Position numbers and translations under genes: made by a program. Source: Escherichia coli (GTDB lineage: Bacteria; Pseudomonadota; Gammaproteobacteria; Enterobacterales; Enterobacteriaceae). From it: DNA of 64,000 bases. A model generated the notes under the pieces. It was not told the DNA's origin, searched no databases, and saw nothing but the letters and a program-made list of their open reading frames with translations. The stretch lies in the NCBI RefSeq assembly GCF_044324875.1, contig NZ_CP172185.1; one strand, 5' to 3'. Shown here one piece after another: positions 12,625 to 23,569 of the stretch; positions within the stretch are counted from its first letter, which is position 1, and each line of letters starts with the position of its first letter.

Positions 12625-12655
12625 GGCCCGCCGTTCCGGTGGGCCTTGTTTTTTC
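12625..12655 (+). terminator. Rho-independent terminator after miaB
   Basis: AGGCCCGCCG-ttcc-GGTGGGCCT hairpin followed by TGTTTTTT. Confidence 0.7.
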
Positions 12656-12770
12656 TCTCTTTATCCCCATCTTTATCGCAATGCTTGCGCCTTTTTCCTG
12701 TGGCGTGAATAATTTCCTTATAGGCCGGTGAATGTTCAGCTTCCGGCGGCATACAGATAAGAGGAACGGT

Positions 12771-13811
12771 TTGAACATAGACACTCGCGAAATCACCCTG
12801 GAGCCAGCAGACAACGCGCGTCTGTTGAGCCTGTGCGGCCCGTTTGATGACAACATCAAACAACTCGAACGCCGTCTCGGCATCGAGATCAATCGCCGCG
12901 ATAACCACTTTAAACTGACCGGCCGTCCGATTTGCGTCACCGCTGCGGCAGACATTCTGCGTAGCCTGTATGTCGATACCGCCCCGATGCGCGGTCAGAT
13001 TCAGGATATTGAACCGGAACAGATCCACCTTGCGATTAAAGAAGCGCGGGTACTGGAGCAAAGCGCGGAGAGCGTGCCGGAGTACGGCAAAGCGGTCAAT
13101 ATCAAGACCAAACGCGGCGTAATCAAACCGCGCACGCCAAACCAGGCGCAGTACATTGCCAATATTCTCGACCATGACATCACCTTCGGCGTTGGCCCGG
13201 CGGGTACGGGTAAAACCTACCTGGCAGTGGCTGCGGCAGTTGATGCCCTGGAGCGTCAGGAAATTCGCCGTATTCTGCTGACTCGTCCGGCGGTAGAAGC
13301 CGGTGAGAAACTGGGCTTCCTGCCTGGCGATTTAAGCCAGAAAGTAGACCCGTATTTGCGCCCGCTGTACGACGCGCTGTTTGAAATGCTGGGCTTTGAG
13401 AAAGTCGAGAAACTGATTGAGCGCAACGTTATTGAAGTCGCGCCGCTGGCCTATATGCGTGGCCGTACGCTGAACGACGCGTTTATCATTCTCGATGAGA
13501 GCCAGAACACTACCATCGAACAGATGAAGATGTTCCTGACCCGTATCGGTTTTAACTCAAAAGCGGTTATCACCGGCGACGTCACGCAGATCGACCTGCC
13601 GCGTAATACCAAGTCAGGCTTACGTCATGCCATCGAAGTGCTGGCTGACGTCGAAGAGATCAGCTTTAACTTCTTCCACAGCGAAGACGTGGTTCGTCAC
13701 CCGGTGGTGGCGCGTATCGTTAACGCTTATGAAGCCTGGGAAGAAGCAGAACAAAAACGTAAAGCGGCGCTGGCAGCAGAACGCAAGCGCGAAGAACAGG
13801 AACAAAAATGA
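12771..13811 (+). CDS. ybeZ: PhoH-like ATPase
   Basis: 346 aa from TTG start at 12771 ([19 protein letters not shown]...), Walker A GPAGTGKT; ORF-track start 12732 is an upstream extension. Confidence 0.9.
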
Positions 13812-14275
13812 GTCAGGTGATCCTCGATTTACAACTGGCATGTGAAGATAATTCCGGGTTACCGGAAGAGAGCCAGTTTCAGACATGGCTGAATGCGGTG
13901 ATCCCGCAGTTTCAGGAAGAATCGGAAGTGACGATTCGCGTGGTCGATACCGCCGAAAGCCACAGTCTGAATCTGACCTATCGTGGTAAGGATAAGCCGA
14001 CCAACGTGCTCTCCTTCCCGTTTGAAGTACCGCCTGGCATGGAAATGTCGCTACTGGGCGATCTGGTTATCTGCCGTCAGGTGGTTGAGAAGGAAGCACA
14101 GGAGCAAGGCAAACCACTGGAGGCGCACTGGGCGCATATGGTGGTGCACGGCAGTCTGCATTTGTTAGGTTACGATCACATCGAAGATGACGAAGCAGAA
14201 GAAATGGAAGCCCTCGAAACAGAGATTATGCTTGCTCTGGGCTATGAGGATCCGTACATTGCCGAGAAAGAATAA
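13808..14275 (+). CDS. ybeY: Endoribonuclease YbeY (16S rRNA maturation)
   Basis: 155 aa [14 protein letters not shown]...; [11 protein letters not shown] zinc-binding motif; ATGA overlap with ybeZ stop. Confidence 0.96.
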
Positions 14276-14364
14276 TTTGCCAGGCATTTGACTGGCAGAC
14301 GTCCCCGCCGTTGGTGATTAACGACGGCGTTTTGATTAACTAACATGAGAACCCATACGACGCC

Positions 14365-15243
14365 ATGAGCGACGACAATTCACACAGTAGTGACACGATA
14401 AGCAACAAGAAGGGATTTTTCTCCCTGTTACTCAGCCAACTTTTCCACGGTGAACCGAAAAACCGTGACGAACTGCTGGCGCTGATCCGTGATTCCGGGC
14501 AGAACGACCTTATCGACGAAGATACGCGCGATATGCTCGAAGGGGTGATGGACATCGCAGACCAACGCGTCCGCGACATCATGATCCCCCGCTCCCAGAT
14601 GATTACCCTGAAACGCAACCAGACGCTGGACGAATGCCTTGATGTCATCATCGAGTCCGCCCACTCACGTTTCCCGGTGATTAGCGAAGACAAAGATCAC
14701 ATTGAAGGGATTCTGATGGCGAAAGACTTGCTGCCGTTTATGCGCAGCGATGCTGAAGCCTTCAGCATGGACAAAGTGTTACGTCAGGCGGTTGTCGTTC
14801 CTGAAAGTAAGCGCGTAGACCGGATGCTGAAAGAGTTTCGCTCTCAGCGTTACCACATGGCGATCGTCATTGACGAATTCGGTGGGGTTTCCGGTCTGGT
14901 GACCATTGAAGACATCCTGGAACTGATTGTTGGTGAGATTGAAGACGAGTATGACGAAGAAGATGATATCGACTTCCGTCAACTTAGCCGCCACACCTGG
15001 ACCGTGCGCGCACTGGCTTCCATCGAAGATTTCAACGAAGCGTTCGGCACCCACTTTAGCGATGAAGAGGTTGACACTATCGGTGGTCTGGTGATGCAGG
15101 CATTTGGGCATCTTCCGGCGCGTGGCGAAACCATCGACATCGACGGTTACCAGTTCAAAGTGGCGATGGCCGACAGTCGGCGTATTATTCAGGTTCATGT
15201 CAAAATCCCGGATGACTCACCCCAGCCGAAGCTGGATGAATAA
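14365..15243 (+). CDS. corC: Mg/Co efflux-associated CBS-domain protein CorC
   Basis: 292 aa [38 protein letters not shown]...; matches CorC/YbeX. Confidence 0.95.
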   Translation: MSDDNSHSSDTISNKKGFFSLLLSQLFHGEPKNRDELLALIRDSGQNDLIDEDTRDMLEGVMDIADQRVRDIMIPRSQMITLKRNQTLDECLDVIIESAHSRFPVISEDKDHIEGILMAKDLLPFMRSDAEAFSMDKVLRQAVVVPESKRVDRMLKEFRSQRYHMAIVIDEFGGVSGLVTIEDILELIVGEIEDEYDEEDDIDFRQLSRHTWTVRALASIEDFNEAFGTHFSDEEVDTIGGLVMQAFGHLPARGETIDIDGYQFKVAMADSRRIIQVHVKIPDDSPQPKLDE

Positions 15244-15267
15244 AACCGAAACTGGATAGATAACTAC

Positions 15268-16806
15268 ATGGCTTTTGCCTCATTAATTGAACGCCAGCGC
15301 ATTCGCCTGCTGCTGGCGTTATTATTCGGTGCCTGCGGAACGCTGGCCTTCTCTCCTTGCGACGTCTGGCCTGCGGCGATTATTTCGCTGATGGGGCTTC
15401 AGGCGCTGACCTTTAACCGCCGTCCACTCCAGTCTGCCGCTATTGGCTTTTGCTGGGGATTTGGTCTCTTTGGCAGCGGTATTAACTGGGTCTATGTCAG
15501 CATCGCGACTTTTGGCGGAATGCCTGGCCCGGTTAACATCTTCCTGGTGGTGCTGCTGGCGGCGTATTTGTCGCTGTATACCGGACTGTTTGCTGGCGTG
15601 CTGTCGCGTCTGTGGCCGAAAACCACCTGGCTGCGCGTGGCGATTGCCGCCCCTGCTCTCTGGCAAGTGACCGAGTTTCTGCGCGGTTGGGTGCTGACCG
15701 GCTTCCCGTGGTTACAGTTCGGCTATAGCCAGATTGATGGCCCGTTAAAAGGGCTGGCACCGTTAATGGGCGTGGAAGCCATTAACTTCCTGCTGATGAT
15801 GGTTAGTGGCCTGCTGGCACTGGCGTTGGTCAAACGCAACTGGCGTCCGCTGGTGGTGGCCGTCGTGCTGTTCGCTCTTCCCTTCCCGCTGCGTTACATC
15901 CAGTGGTTCACCCCGCAACCGGAGAAAACCATTCAGGTTTCGATGGTTCAGGGCGATATTCCGCAATCACTGAAATGGGACGAAGGCCAGCTTCTTAATA
16001 CGCTGAAGATTTACTACAACGCAACGGCACCGCTGATGGGCAAATCATCGTTGATTATCTGGCCGGAGTCGGCGATAACCGATCTGGAAATTAATCAGCA
16101 ACCGTTCCTCAAAGCACTGGACGGTGAGTTGCGCGATAAAGGTAGCTCGCTGGTCACCGGGATTGTCGACGCGCGTCTCAATAAGCAGAACCGCTACGAT
16201 ACCTACAACACCATCATCACGCTGGGGAAAGGTGCGCCGTACAGCTACGAATCAGCCGATCGCTATAACAAAAACCATCTGGTGCCGTTTGGCGAGTTTG
16301 TCCCGCTGGAGTCGATTCTGCGTCCGTTAGCGCCGTTCTTTGATCTGCCGATGTCGTCGTTCAGCCGTGGGCCATATATCCAGCCACCGCTGTCGGTAAA
16401 CGGTATTGAGCTTACTGCGGCTATTTGCTACGAGATCATTCTCGGCGAGCAAGTGCGTGATAACTTCCGCCCGGATACCGACTACCTGCTGACCATCTCC
16501 AACGATGCGTGGTTTGGTAAATCTATTGGTCCATGGCAACACTTCCAGATGGCGCGAATGCGTGCGCTGGAGCTGGCGCGCCCGCTGTTGCGTAGCACCA
16601 ATAACGGTATTACGGCGGTGATTGGCCCGCAGGGGGAGATTCAGTCGATGATCCCGCAATTCACCCGCGAAGTGTTAACCACTAACGTGACACCGACCAC
16701 CGGACTCACACCATACGCACGTACCGGCAACTGGCCGCTGTGGGTACTGACGGCACTGTTTGGTTTTGCCGCTGTGTTGATGAGTCTGCGAGCACGTAAA
16801 CGTTAA
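15268..16806 (+). CDS. lnt: Apolipoprotein N-acyltransferase
   Basis: 512 aa [30 protein letters not shown]...; multi-TM N-terminus plus C-N hydrolase domain. Confidence 0.96.
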   Translation: MAFASLIERQRIRLLLALLFGACGTLAFSPCDVWPAAIISLMGLQALTFNRRPLQSAAIGFCWGFGLFGSGINWVYVSIATFGGMPGPVNIFLVVLLAAYLSLYTGLFAGVLSRLWPKTTWLRVAIAAPALWQVTEFLRGWVLTGFPWLQFGYSQIDGPLKGLAPLMGVEAINFLLMMVSGLLALALVKRNWRPLVVAVVLFALPFPLRYIQWFTPQPEKTIQVSMVQGDIPQSLKWDEGQLLNTLKIYYNATAPLMGKSSLIIWPESAITDLEINQQPFLKALDGELRDKGSSLVTGIVDARLNKQNRYDTYNTIITLGKGAPYSYESADRYNKNHLVPFGEFVPLESILRPLAPFFDLPMSSFSRGPYIQPPLSVNGIELTAAICYEIILGEQVRDNFRPDTDYLLTISNDAWFGKSIGPWQHFQMARMRALELARPLLRSTNNGITAVIGPQGEIQSMIPQFTREVLTTNVTPTTGLTPYARTGNWPLWVLTALFGFAAVLMSLRARKR

Positions 16807-16883
16807 TGTGCCTGATGTATCCGGCATAAACAAAACATACTTTCTCTTTGAGCTGTGGGGCGTGATTATCATGCCCCTTTTTC

Positions 16884-18761
16884 TTACGGTTCAGGGATAC
16901 AAGCCACATCGCCATATTGGGGATGCCGAATAATTGCCTGCGGATCAAGCGAGCGCGTCCTGTCCATTTGGATTAACCCGTTCTTCGCCATAACAAATAT
17001 CTTTCTACCATCCGCTGAAAAACGAAGATGATTAACGTAGCTGGCAGGATAAACGCCAATAATCTGCCCGGCATTAATATTGAGCAGAATGACATAACCT
17101 TGCAGGCCATATGACACCAACGCTAAATACTGACCGTCCGGGCTAATACCCTCAACGGAATAAACGCTCCTGCTACACCATTGCGTCATAATGCTGGCTT
17201 GCTGATCCCCAACTCTTATACGTGAAATCCCCTGGCTGTCGGCAAAAATTACATCCCCGTTTTCAGGTCGAAAACGCATCGCCGATATCGTTCCACGCGC
17301 ATCACTAGCCGGATAGCTTTCTTTTTGATGCGTGATGGTATTGATGCGTACAATGTCACCTCTGACCATACCGGGTATCAACAATGTTTTTTCATCCGGG
17401 GAAAGTGCCATAACCCAGGCGCCTGGTTTACCGCTCGTCCCCGTCCCGTCGTATTTCTCCAGCGGGATATCCGCCACATGCTGATAAGCCACCAGATCAA
17501 TGGCTGACACACTATTACTGGTGCGATTCATCACCCAGGCTTTTGTGCCATCGCGCGAGAGGATAAGGCTGTCAGGATGTGCGCCGGTGGTAATCGACTG
17601 AATAATCTCCCCCGTCGCCACGTTAATGACCGATAACGCATTCGCTTCAAATGAAGTTGCATAAAGCAACGTTTCATCCGGGCTTAACGCCAGCGATCTG
17701 ACGGCCTGATCTTTACAGCCACCACAATGTTTGAGTGACTTTTCTTTCGCTATGGGCGCTGTAAAGGTATGCAGGATTTTCTTTTGTCCGAGGTCGAAAA
17801 CAACAATGCTGTTGGTGTTTTCAATTGCGGCATACAACGTATTACCATCCCGACTGATCGCCATATCATGGATATCGGCAATCTCAGCGAGCAAATCACC
17901 ACTGGCCTGCTCACGACTTACCGGAGCGGATAATGTTTCCCTGAGGGCGTTGCGCTCCTCCACTAACTGCTGCTTTTTTTGTCGTCGCTCTTGTTCAATC
18001 TCCTGCGGATAAAACTCTTCACGCAGGCTGTGCCTGACCAGTAAAACTGATTCATCAATCTGCTGCTGCACAAGCCAGATAGCCCCGGTAAGAAGAAGAC
18101 TGCCCGCAACAATAATCCCGCCTTCCGTAACAAGCCGGTTTTGCCCAGATAAACGCGCACTCAGCCACCCCAACGCACCACCCGCAATCAGGCCGCCAAT
18201 ATGACAAGCATTATCTATTCCTGTTTGCCGGGCACCATACAACAGTGTCAGCGCCACCATACCCAACAGAGAAAATACTCGCCGCTGGTTTTTATGGTAT
18301 GTGCCCGCACCTGAAGCAAGCTGTGTTGCTATCGCAGCGCCAGCAATTCCCATAATTGCCCCGGATGCCCCAACGCTGATGACTATCTGCTCACTTTCGC
18401 GTAACGCATAACAGGCGCTGATTAGCCCACCAAAGACGCCAGAGAATAGCCAGACAATCAGGAGTCGCCATTTCCCCAGTATCCGTTCCGCCACTGCCCC
18501 CACCACCAGGAGTGCAAACATATTCATCAGCAAATGGGGAAAACTACTGTGCAGAAAGACACTGCTCAATAAGCGCCAGGGTTCACCCGACAACGTGAGA
18601 GAAGCAACGTTAGCACCAAGATGGATGAGTGCGGATTGATCGACGTCTTCATAACTCATCCATTGTGCGAGATAACAAAATATCCCAACACAGAGCGCAA
18701 AAAGGATAAGAGTTATTGCGGGTAATTGAACATTTAACGGCTTAACCGAAGATGCAGACAT
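16884..18761 (-). CDS. Rhomboid-family intramembrane serine protease fused to C-terminal YVTN-type beta-propeller domain (625 aa)
   Basis: AAGGA-like RBS before ATG (reverse complement at 18759-18761); N-terminal 6-TM rhomboid core with WR loop motif, GASG (Ser133) and CHIGGLIAG (His187); 7th TM; coiled-coil-like EEFYPQEIEQERRQKKQQLVEERNALRE; then six repeats of the S-x-DG-x-x-LY/V...N-S-V-S-V/I-D type. Confidence 0.8.
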   Translation of the reverse strand: MSASSVKPLNVQLPAITLILFALCVGIFCYLAQWMSYEDVDQSALIHLGANVASLTLSGEPWRLLSSVFLHSSFPHLLMNMFALLVVGAVAERILGKWRLLIVWLFSGVFGGLISACYALRESEQIVISVGASGAIMGIAGAAIATQLASGAGTYHKNQRRVFSLLGMVALTLLYGARQTGIDNACHIGGLIAGGALGWLSARLSGQNRLVTEGGIIVAGSLLLTGAIWLVQQQIDESVLLVRHSLREEFYPQEIEQERRQKKQQLVEERNALRETLSAPVSREQASGDLLAEIADIHDMAISRDGNTLYAAIENTNSIVVFDLGQKKILHTFTAPIAKEKSLKHCGGCKDQAVRSLALSPDETLLYATSFEANALSVINVATGEIIQSITTGAHPDSLILSRDGTKAWVMNRTSNSVSAIDLVAYQHVADIPLEKYDGTGTSGKPGAWVMALSPDEKTLLIPGMVRGDIVRINTITHQKESYPASDARGTISAMRFRPENGDVIFADSQGISRIRVGDQQASIMTQWCSRSVYSVEGISPDGQYLALVSYGLQGYVILLNINAGQIIGVYPASYVNHLRFSADGRKIFVMAKNGLIQMDRTRSLDPQAIIRHPQYGDVACIPEP

Positions 18762-19215
18762 GAGGTAATTCTTCCTTGAAAAGACAGGTAAAAAGCATTT
18801 TTCTCGTGTGCAGTTACCATCCCGGCAAACGTCCCATACCGAAAAGTTAACCCTGTCCGAAATATGACTTTTTCAGCCTGAAATTACAATCGTAATTAAT
18901 TCACCCCTAACTATTTTTTGGCATGTAAGTTGCTTTAATTACTGTGTAAGCAATGAAATCAGCCGCAACGAAACCGGGTTGCACCACCACAAATCAACGG
19001 TAGCGCCAAAAAGGTGCGGTTTAAGAATTTTGCTTCGGAATGGTGCGGCGCATCTCGCAAAAACAAACAATAAAACAGCAATATCTTTACATTTAGCCAA
19101 ACTAAATGTTACCTAACAAGCACAACACTGCACAATAAAGTTGCAGATGATAACAACACAAACACTCACAACGGGTATCCATGCGTTCTTAACGCAGAAG
19201 ATAAAGGAGTTGGAT

Positions 19216-20124
19216 ATGCAATTACGTAAACCTGCCACAGCAATCCTGGCCCTGGCGCTTTCCGCAGGACTGGCACAGGCAGATGACGCCGCCCCGGCAG
19301 CGGGCAGTACGCTGGACAAAATCGCCAAAAACGGTGTGATTGTCGTCGGTCACCGTGAATCTTCAGTACCTTTCTCTTATTACGACAATCAGCAAAAAGT
19401 GGTGGGTTACTCGCAGGATTACTCCAACGCCATTGTTGAAGCAGTGAAAAAGAAACTCAACAAACCGGACTTGCAGGTGAAACTGATTCCGATCACCTCA
19501 CAAAACCGTATTCCTCTGCTGCAAAACGGCACTTTCGATTTTGAATGTGGTTCTACCACCAATAACGTCGAACGCCAGAAACAGGCGGCTTTCTCTGACA
19601 CTATTTTCGTGGTCGGTACGCGCCTGCTGACCAAAAAGGGCGGCGATATCAAAGATTTTGCCGACCTGAAAGGCAAAGCCGTAGTCGTCACTTCCGGCAC
19701 TACCTCTGAAGTTTTGCTCAACAAATTGAATGAAGAGCAAAAAATGAATATGCGCATCATCAGCGCCAAAGATCACGGTGACTCTTTCCGCACCCTGGAA
19801 AGCGGTCGTGCTGTTGCCTTTATGATGGATGACGCTCTGCTGGCAGGTGAACGTGCGAAAGCGAAGAAACCGGACAACTGGGAAATCGTCGGCAAGCCGC
19901 AGTCTCAGGAAGCCTACGGTTGTATGTTGCGTAAAGATGATCCGCAGTTCAAAAAGCTGATGGATGACACCATCGCGCAGGTGCAGACCTCCGGTGAAGC
20001 GGAAAAATGGTTTGATAAGTGGTTCAAAAATCCCATTCCGCCGAAAAACCTGAACATGAATTTCGAGCTGTCAGACGAAATGAAAGCACTGTTCAAAGAA
20101 CCGAATGATAAGGCACTGAACTAA
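19216..20124 (+). CDS. gltI: Glutamate/aspartate ABC transporter periplasmic binding protein
   Basis: 302 aa MQLRKPATAILALALSAGLAQA...; ATG at 19216 after AAGGAG RBS; ORF-track start 19141 is an upstream extension. Confidence 0.95.
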   Translation: MQLRKPATAILALALSAGLAQADDAAPAAGSTLDKIAKNGVIVVGHRESSVPFSYYDNQQKVVGYSQDYSNAIVEAVKKKLNKPDLQVKLIPITSQNRIPLLQNGTFDFECGSTTNNVERQKQAAFSDTIFVVGTRLLTKKGGDIKDFADLKGKAVVVTSGTTSEVLLNKLNEEQKMNMRIISAKDHGDSFRTLESGRAVAFMMDDALLAGERAKAKKPDNWEIVGKPQSQEAYGCMLRKDDPQFKKLMDDTIAQVQTSGEAEKWFDKWFKNPIPPKNLNMNFELSDEMKALFKEPNDKALN

Positions 20125-20281
20125 TTACAAGAACCAGGGGCGGAAATTCCAGCCCTCTCGATTGTTACGTAGCACGGACAGACTATACGCCTGATGGTCG
20201 TTCCCCATCGGGCCTGAAAACCGCAATACGCTGGGTAACAATCTTCGAGGGTAGCAGTTAACGCTGCTACCCTCTTTTTTC
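20125..20281 (+). ncRNA. sroC: Candidate SroC sRNA (gltI 3'UTR / gltI-gltJ spacer-derived), ends at intrinsic terminator
   Basis: About 160-nt non-coding spacer between gltI stop and gltJ start ending in GGGTAGCAG-ttaacg-CTGCTACCC-TCTTTTTT hairpin; position corresponds to the known SroC locus. Confidence 0.5.
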
Positions 20282-20293
20282 TGGAGTAGATTT

Positions 20294-21034
20294 ATGTCTA
20301 TAGACTGGAACTGGGGTATTTTTTTACAACAAGCCCCGTTCGGCAACACCACCTATCTTGGTTGGATCTGGAGTGGTTTTCAGGTGACGATCGCTTTGTC
20401 GATCTGCGCCTGGATTATCGCTTTCCTCGTCGGTTCATTTTTCGGCATTTTACGTACCGTTCCAAACCGTTTTCTCTCCGGTCTGGGTACGTTGTATGTC
20501 GAACTGTTCCGCAACGTGCCGTTGATTGTGCAATTCTTTACCTGGTATCTGGTGATCCCGGAGCTGCTGCCGGAGAAAATCGGCATGTGGTTTAAGGCCG
20601 AGCTGGATCCCAATATTCAGTTTTTCCTTTCATCCATGCTCTGCCTGGGGCTGTTTACCGCCGCCCGTGTTTGCGAACAGGTACGCGCCGCGATCCAGTC
20701 GCTGCCGCGAGGGCAAAAAAATGCCGCGCTGGCGATGGGCCTGACGCTACCGCAGGCTTATCGATACGTACTGTTGCCTAACGCTTATCGCGTTATCGTC
20801 CCGCCGATGACCTCCGAGATGATGAACCTGGTGAAAAACTCTGCCATCGCCTCGACTATTGGTCTGGTGGATATGGCGGCGCAGGCGGGTAAATTGCTTG
20901 ATTACTCAGCCCACGCCTGGGAGTCGTTTACCGCCATCACGCTGGCGTATGTATTGATTAACGCTTTTATCATGCTGGTGATGACGCTGGTTGAACGTAA
21001 AGTTCGCCTGCCTGGCAACATGGGGGGCAAATAA
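20294..21034 (+). CDS. gltJ: Glutamate/aspartate ABC transporter permease
   Basis: 246 aa multi-TM permease [24 protein letters not shown]...; operon order. Confidence 0.95.
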
Positions 21035-21708
21035 TGTACGAGTTTGACTGGAGTTCCATTGTCCCTTCCCTGCCATATCTGCTCGACGGGCTGGTGATCA
21101 CGCTGAAAATCACCGTCACAGCAGTCGTGATTGGTATTTTGTGGGGCACCATGCTGGCGGTGATGCGCTTGTCCAGCTTTGCGCCCGTAGCGTGGTTTGC
21201 CAAAGCCTACGTTAACGTATTCCGCTCGATTCCTTTAGTTATGGTTTTGCTGTGGTTTTACCTGATCGTGCCGGGTTTTCTGCAAAACGTACTGGGATTA
21301 TCACCAAAAAATGACATCCGTTTAATTTCGGCGATGGTGGCGTTTTCGATGTTTGAAGCAGCCTACTATTCAGAGATTATCCGTGCCGGTATTCAAAGTA
21401 TTTCCCGTGGTCAGTCGAGCGCCGCGCTGGCGTTGGGGATGACTCACTGGCAGTCGATGAAACTGATTATTCTGCCGCAGGCTTTCCGCGCAATGGTGCC
21501 GCTGCTGCTCACTCAGGGCATCGTACTGTTCCAGGATACCTCGCTGGTGTATGTGTTATCTCTGGCCGATTTCTTCCGTACCGCTTCAACCATTGGTGAA
21601 CGTGATGGTACGCAGGTCGAGATGATCCTGTTTGCCGGATTTGTTTATTTCGTTATTAGCCTTAGCGCGTCGTTGTTGGTCAGCTACTTGAAAAGAAGGA
21701 CAGCATAA
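21034..21708 (+). CDS. gltK: Glutamate/aspartate ABC transporter permease
   Basis: 224 aa [24 protein letters not shown]...; 1-bp overlap with gltJ. Confidence 0.95.
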
Positions 21709-22433
21709 TGATTACCCTGAAAAATGTTTCAAAATGGTATGGTCACTTTCAGGTGCTGACCGACTGCTCAACCGAAGTGAAAAAAGGCGAAGTGGTGGTG
21801 GTTTGCGGCCCGTCTGGTTCCGGCAAATCAACGCTGATTAAAACCGTCAACGGCCTCGAACCGGTGCAGCAAGGTGAAATTACCGTCGATGGCATCGTGG
21901 TTAACGATAAGAAAACCGATCTGGCAAAGCTGCGTTCCCGCGTCGGGATGGTGTTCCAGCATTTCGAGTTGTTCCCCCATTTGTCGATTATTGAAAACCT
22001 GACCCTGGCGCAGGTGAAAGTGCTTAAACGCGATAAAGCACCCGCTCGTGAAAAAGCATTGAAATTGCTGGAGCGCGTCGGGCTTTCCGCTCATGCCAAT
22101 AAGTTTCCGGCGCAGCTTTCCGGCGGTCAGCAGCAGCGTGTGGCGATCGCTCGCGCATTGTGCATGGATCCTATTGCCATGCTGTTCGACGAACCGACAT
22201 CGGCGCTGGATCCGGAGATGATCAACGAAGTGCTGGACGTAATGGTCGAACTGGCGAACGAAGGAATGACCATGATGGTGGTGACCCACGAAATGGGCTT
22301 TGCCCGTAAAGTGGCGAATCGGGTGATCTTTATGGACGAGGGTAAAATTGTCGAAGACTCGCCGAAAGACGCTTTCTTCGATGATCCGAAATCGGACCGC
22401 GCAAAAGACTTCCTCGCGAAAATCCTGCATTAA
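21708..22433 (+). CDS. gltL: Glutamate/aspartate ABC transporter ATP-binding protein
   Basis: 241 aa with Walker [13 protein letters not shown] signature LSGGQQQR, Walker [12 protein letters not shown]. Confidence 0.96.
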   Translation: MITLKNVSKWYGHFQVLTDCSTEVKKGEVVVVCGPSGSGKSTLIKTVNGLEPVQQGEITVDGIVVNDKKTDLAKLRSRVGMVFQHFELFPHLSIIENLTLAQVKVLKRDKAPAREKALKLLERVGLSAHANKFPAQLSGGQQQRVAIARALCMDPIAMLFDEPTSALDPEMINEVLDVMVELANEGMTMMVVTHEMGFARKVANRVIFMDEGKIVEDSPKDAFFDDPKSDRAKDFLAKILH

Positions 22434-22440
22434 TCACTCT

Positions 22441-22464
22441 GGCGCGCATACCCAAGTGCGCGCC
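22441..22464 (+). terminator. Hairpin after gltL (putative terminator)
   Basis: GGCGCGCA-tacccaag-TGCGCGCC perfect 8-bp GC-rich stem immediately after stop; weak U tract. Confidence 0.4.
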
Positions 22465-22550
22465 ATCTCACGCTTTATCGTTTCGCCCCTCGTATCTGTT
22501 ACATCCTGGCGTTACCCTTGTCGCAAAGAAGCACACAACAAGGAGCAACA

Positions 22551-23486
22551 ATGGCACTGCCAATTCTGTTAGATTGCGACCCAGGTCATGATGACGCTAT
22601 CGCAATAGTTCTCGCCCTCGCCTCACCAGAGCTTGATGTCAAAGCAATTACGTCTTCCGCCGGAAACCAGACACCAGAAAAAACCTTACGCAATGTTCTG
22701 CGTATGCTGACCTTGCTTAATCGCACCGATATTCCGGTGGCAGGCGGCGCGGTAAAACCGTTAATGCGTGAGTTGATTATCGCGGACAATGTGCACGGCG
22801 AAAGCGGTCTCGACGGCCCGGCATTACCGGAACCGACGTTCGCACCGCAAAACTGTACGGCGGTGGAGCTGATGGCGAAAACGCTGCGTGAAAGTGCGAA
22901 ACCTGTCACGATTGTTTCTACCGGGCCGCAAACTAACGTTGCCTTGCTGCTCAATAGCCATCCGGAACTGCATAGCAAAATTGCTCGTATCGTGATTATG
23001 GGCGGCGCAATGGGGCTTGGTAACTGGACGCCTGCGGCTGAATTTAATATTTACGTTGACCCGGAAGCGGCAGAAATTGTTTTCCAGTCAGGGATCCCGG
23101 TGGTGATGGCCGGTCTGGATGTTACTCATAAAGCGCAAATCCACGTTGAAGACACCGAGCGTTTCCGCGCGATTGGCAACCCTGTTTCAACCATTGTTGC
23201 CGAACTGCTGGATTTCTTCCTCGAATATCATAAAGACGAAAAATGGGGCTTTGTCGGCGCACCGCTGCATGACCCATGCACCATCGCCTGGCTGTTAAAA
23301 CCGGAGTTGTTTACCACTGTTGAGCGCTGGGTTGGCGTGGAAACACAAGGGAAATATACCCAGGGTATGACGGTTGTTGATTATTATTATCTGACCGGCA
23401 ATAAACCGAATGCCACTGTAATGGTCGATGTTGATCGTCAGGGCGTTGTTGATTTACTGGCTGATTGTCTGAAATTTTACGCTTAA
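22551..23486 (+). CDS. rihA: Pyrimidine-specific ribonucleoside hydrolase
   Basis: 311 aa [34 protein letters not shown]...; DxDxxxDD nucleoside hydrolase motif. Confidence 0.95.
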   Translation: MALPILLDCDPGHDDAIAIVLALASPELDVKAITSSAGNQTPEKTLRNVLRMLTLLNRTDIPVAGGAVKPLMRELIIADNVHGESGLDGPALPEPTFAPQNCTAVELMAKTLRESAKPVTIVSTGPQTNVALLLNSHPELHSKIARIVIMGGAMGLGNWTPAAEFNIYVDPEAAEIVFQSGIPVVMAGLDVTHKAQIHVEDTERFRAIGNPVSTIVAELLDFFLEYHKDEKWGFVGAPLHDPCTIAWLLKPELFTTVERWVGVETQGKYTQGMTVVDYYYLTGNKPNATVMVDVDRQGVVDLLADCLKFYA

Positions 23487-23569
23487 CACACGTCATTGAT
23501 TAAGATCACCACGCGTTACCCGGGTGGTCTTAATCTGTTTATCTCTTTTTCTTTCAAGATATAAATGCA

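Noticed and set aside
21828-22430. 200-aa minus-strand ORF inside gltL
   Set aside because: Antisense to a gene with unambiguous ABC ATPase motifs.
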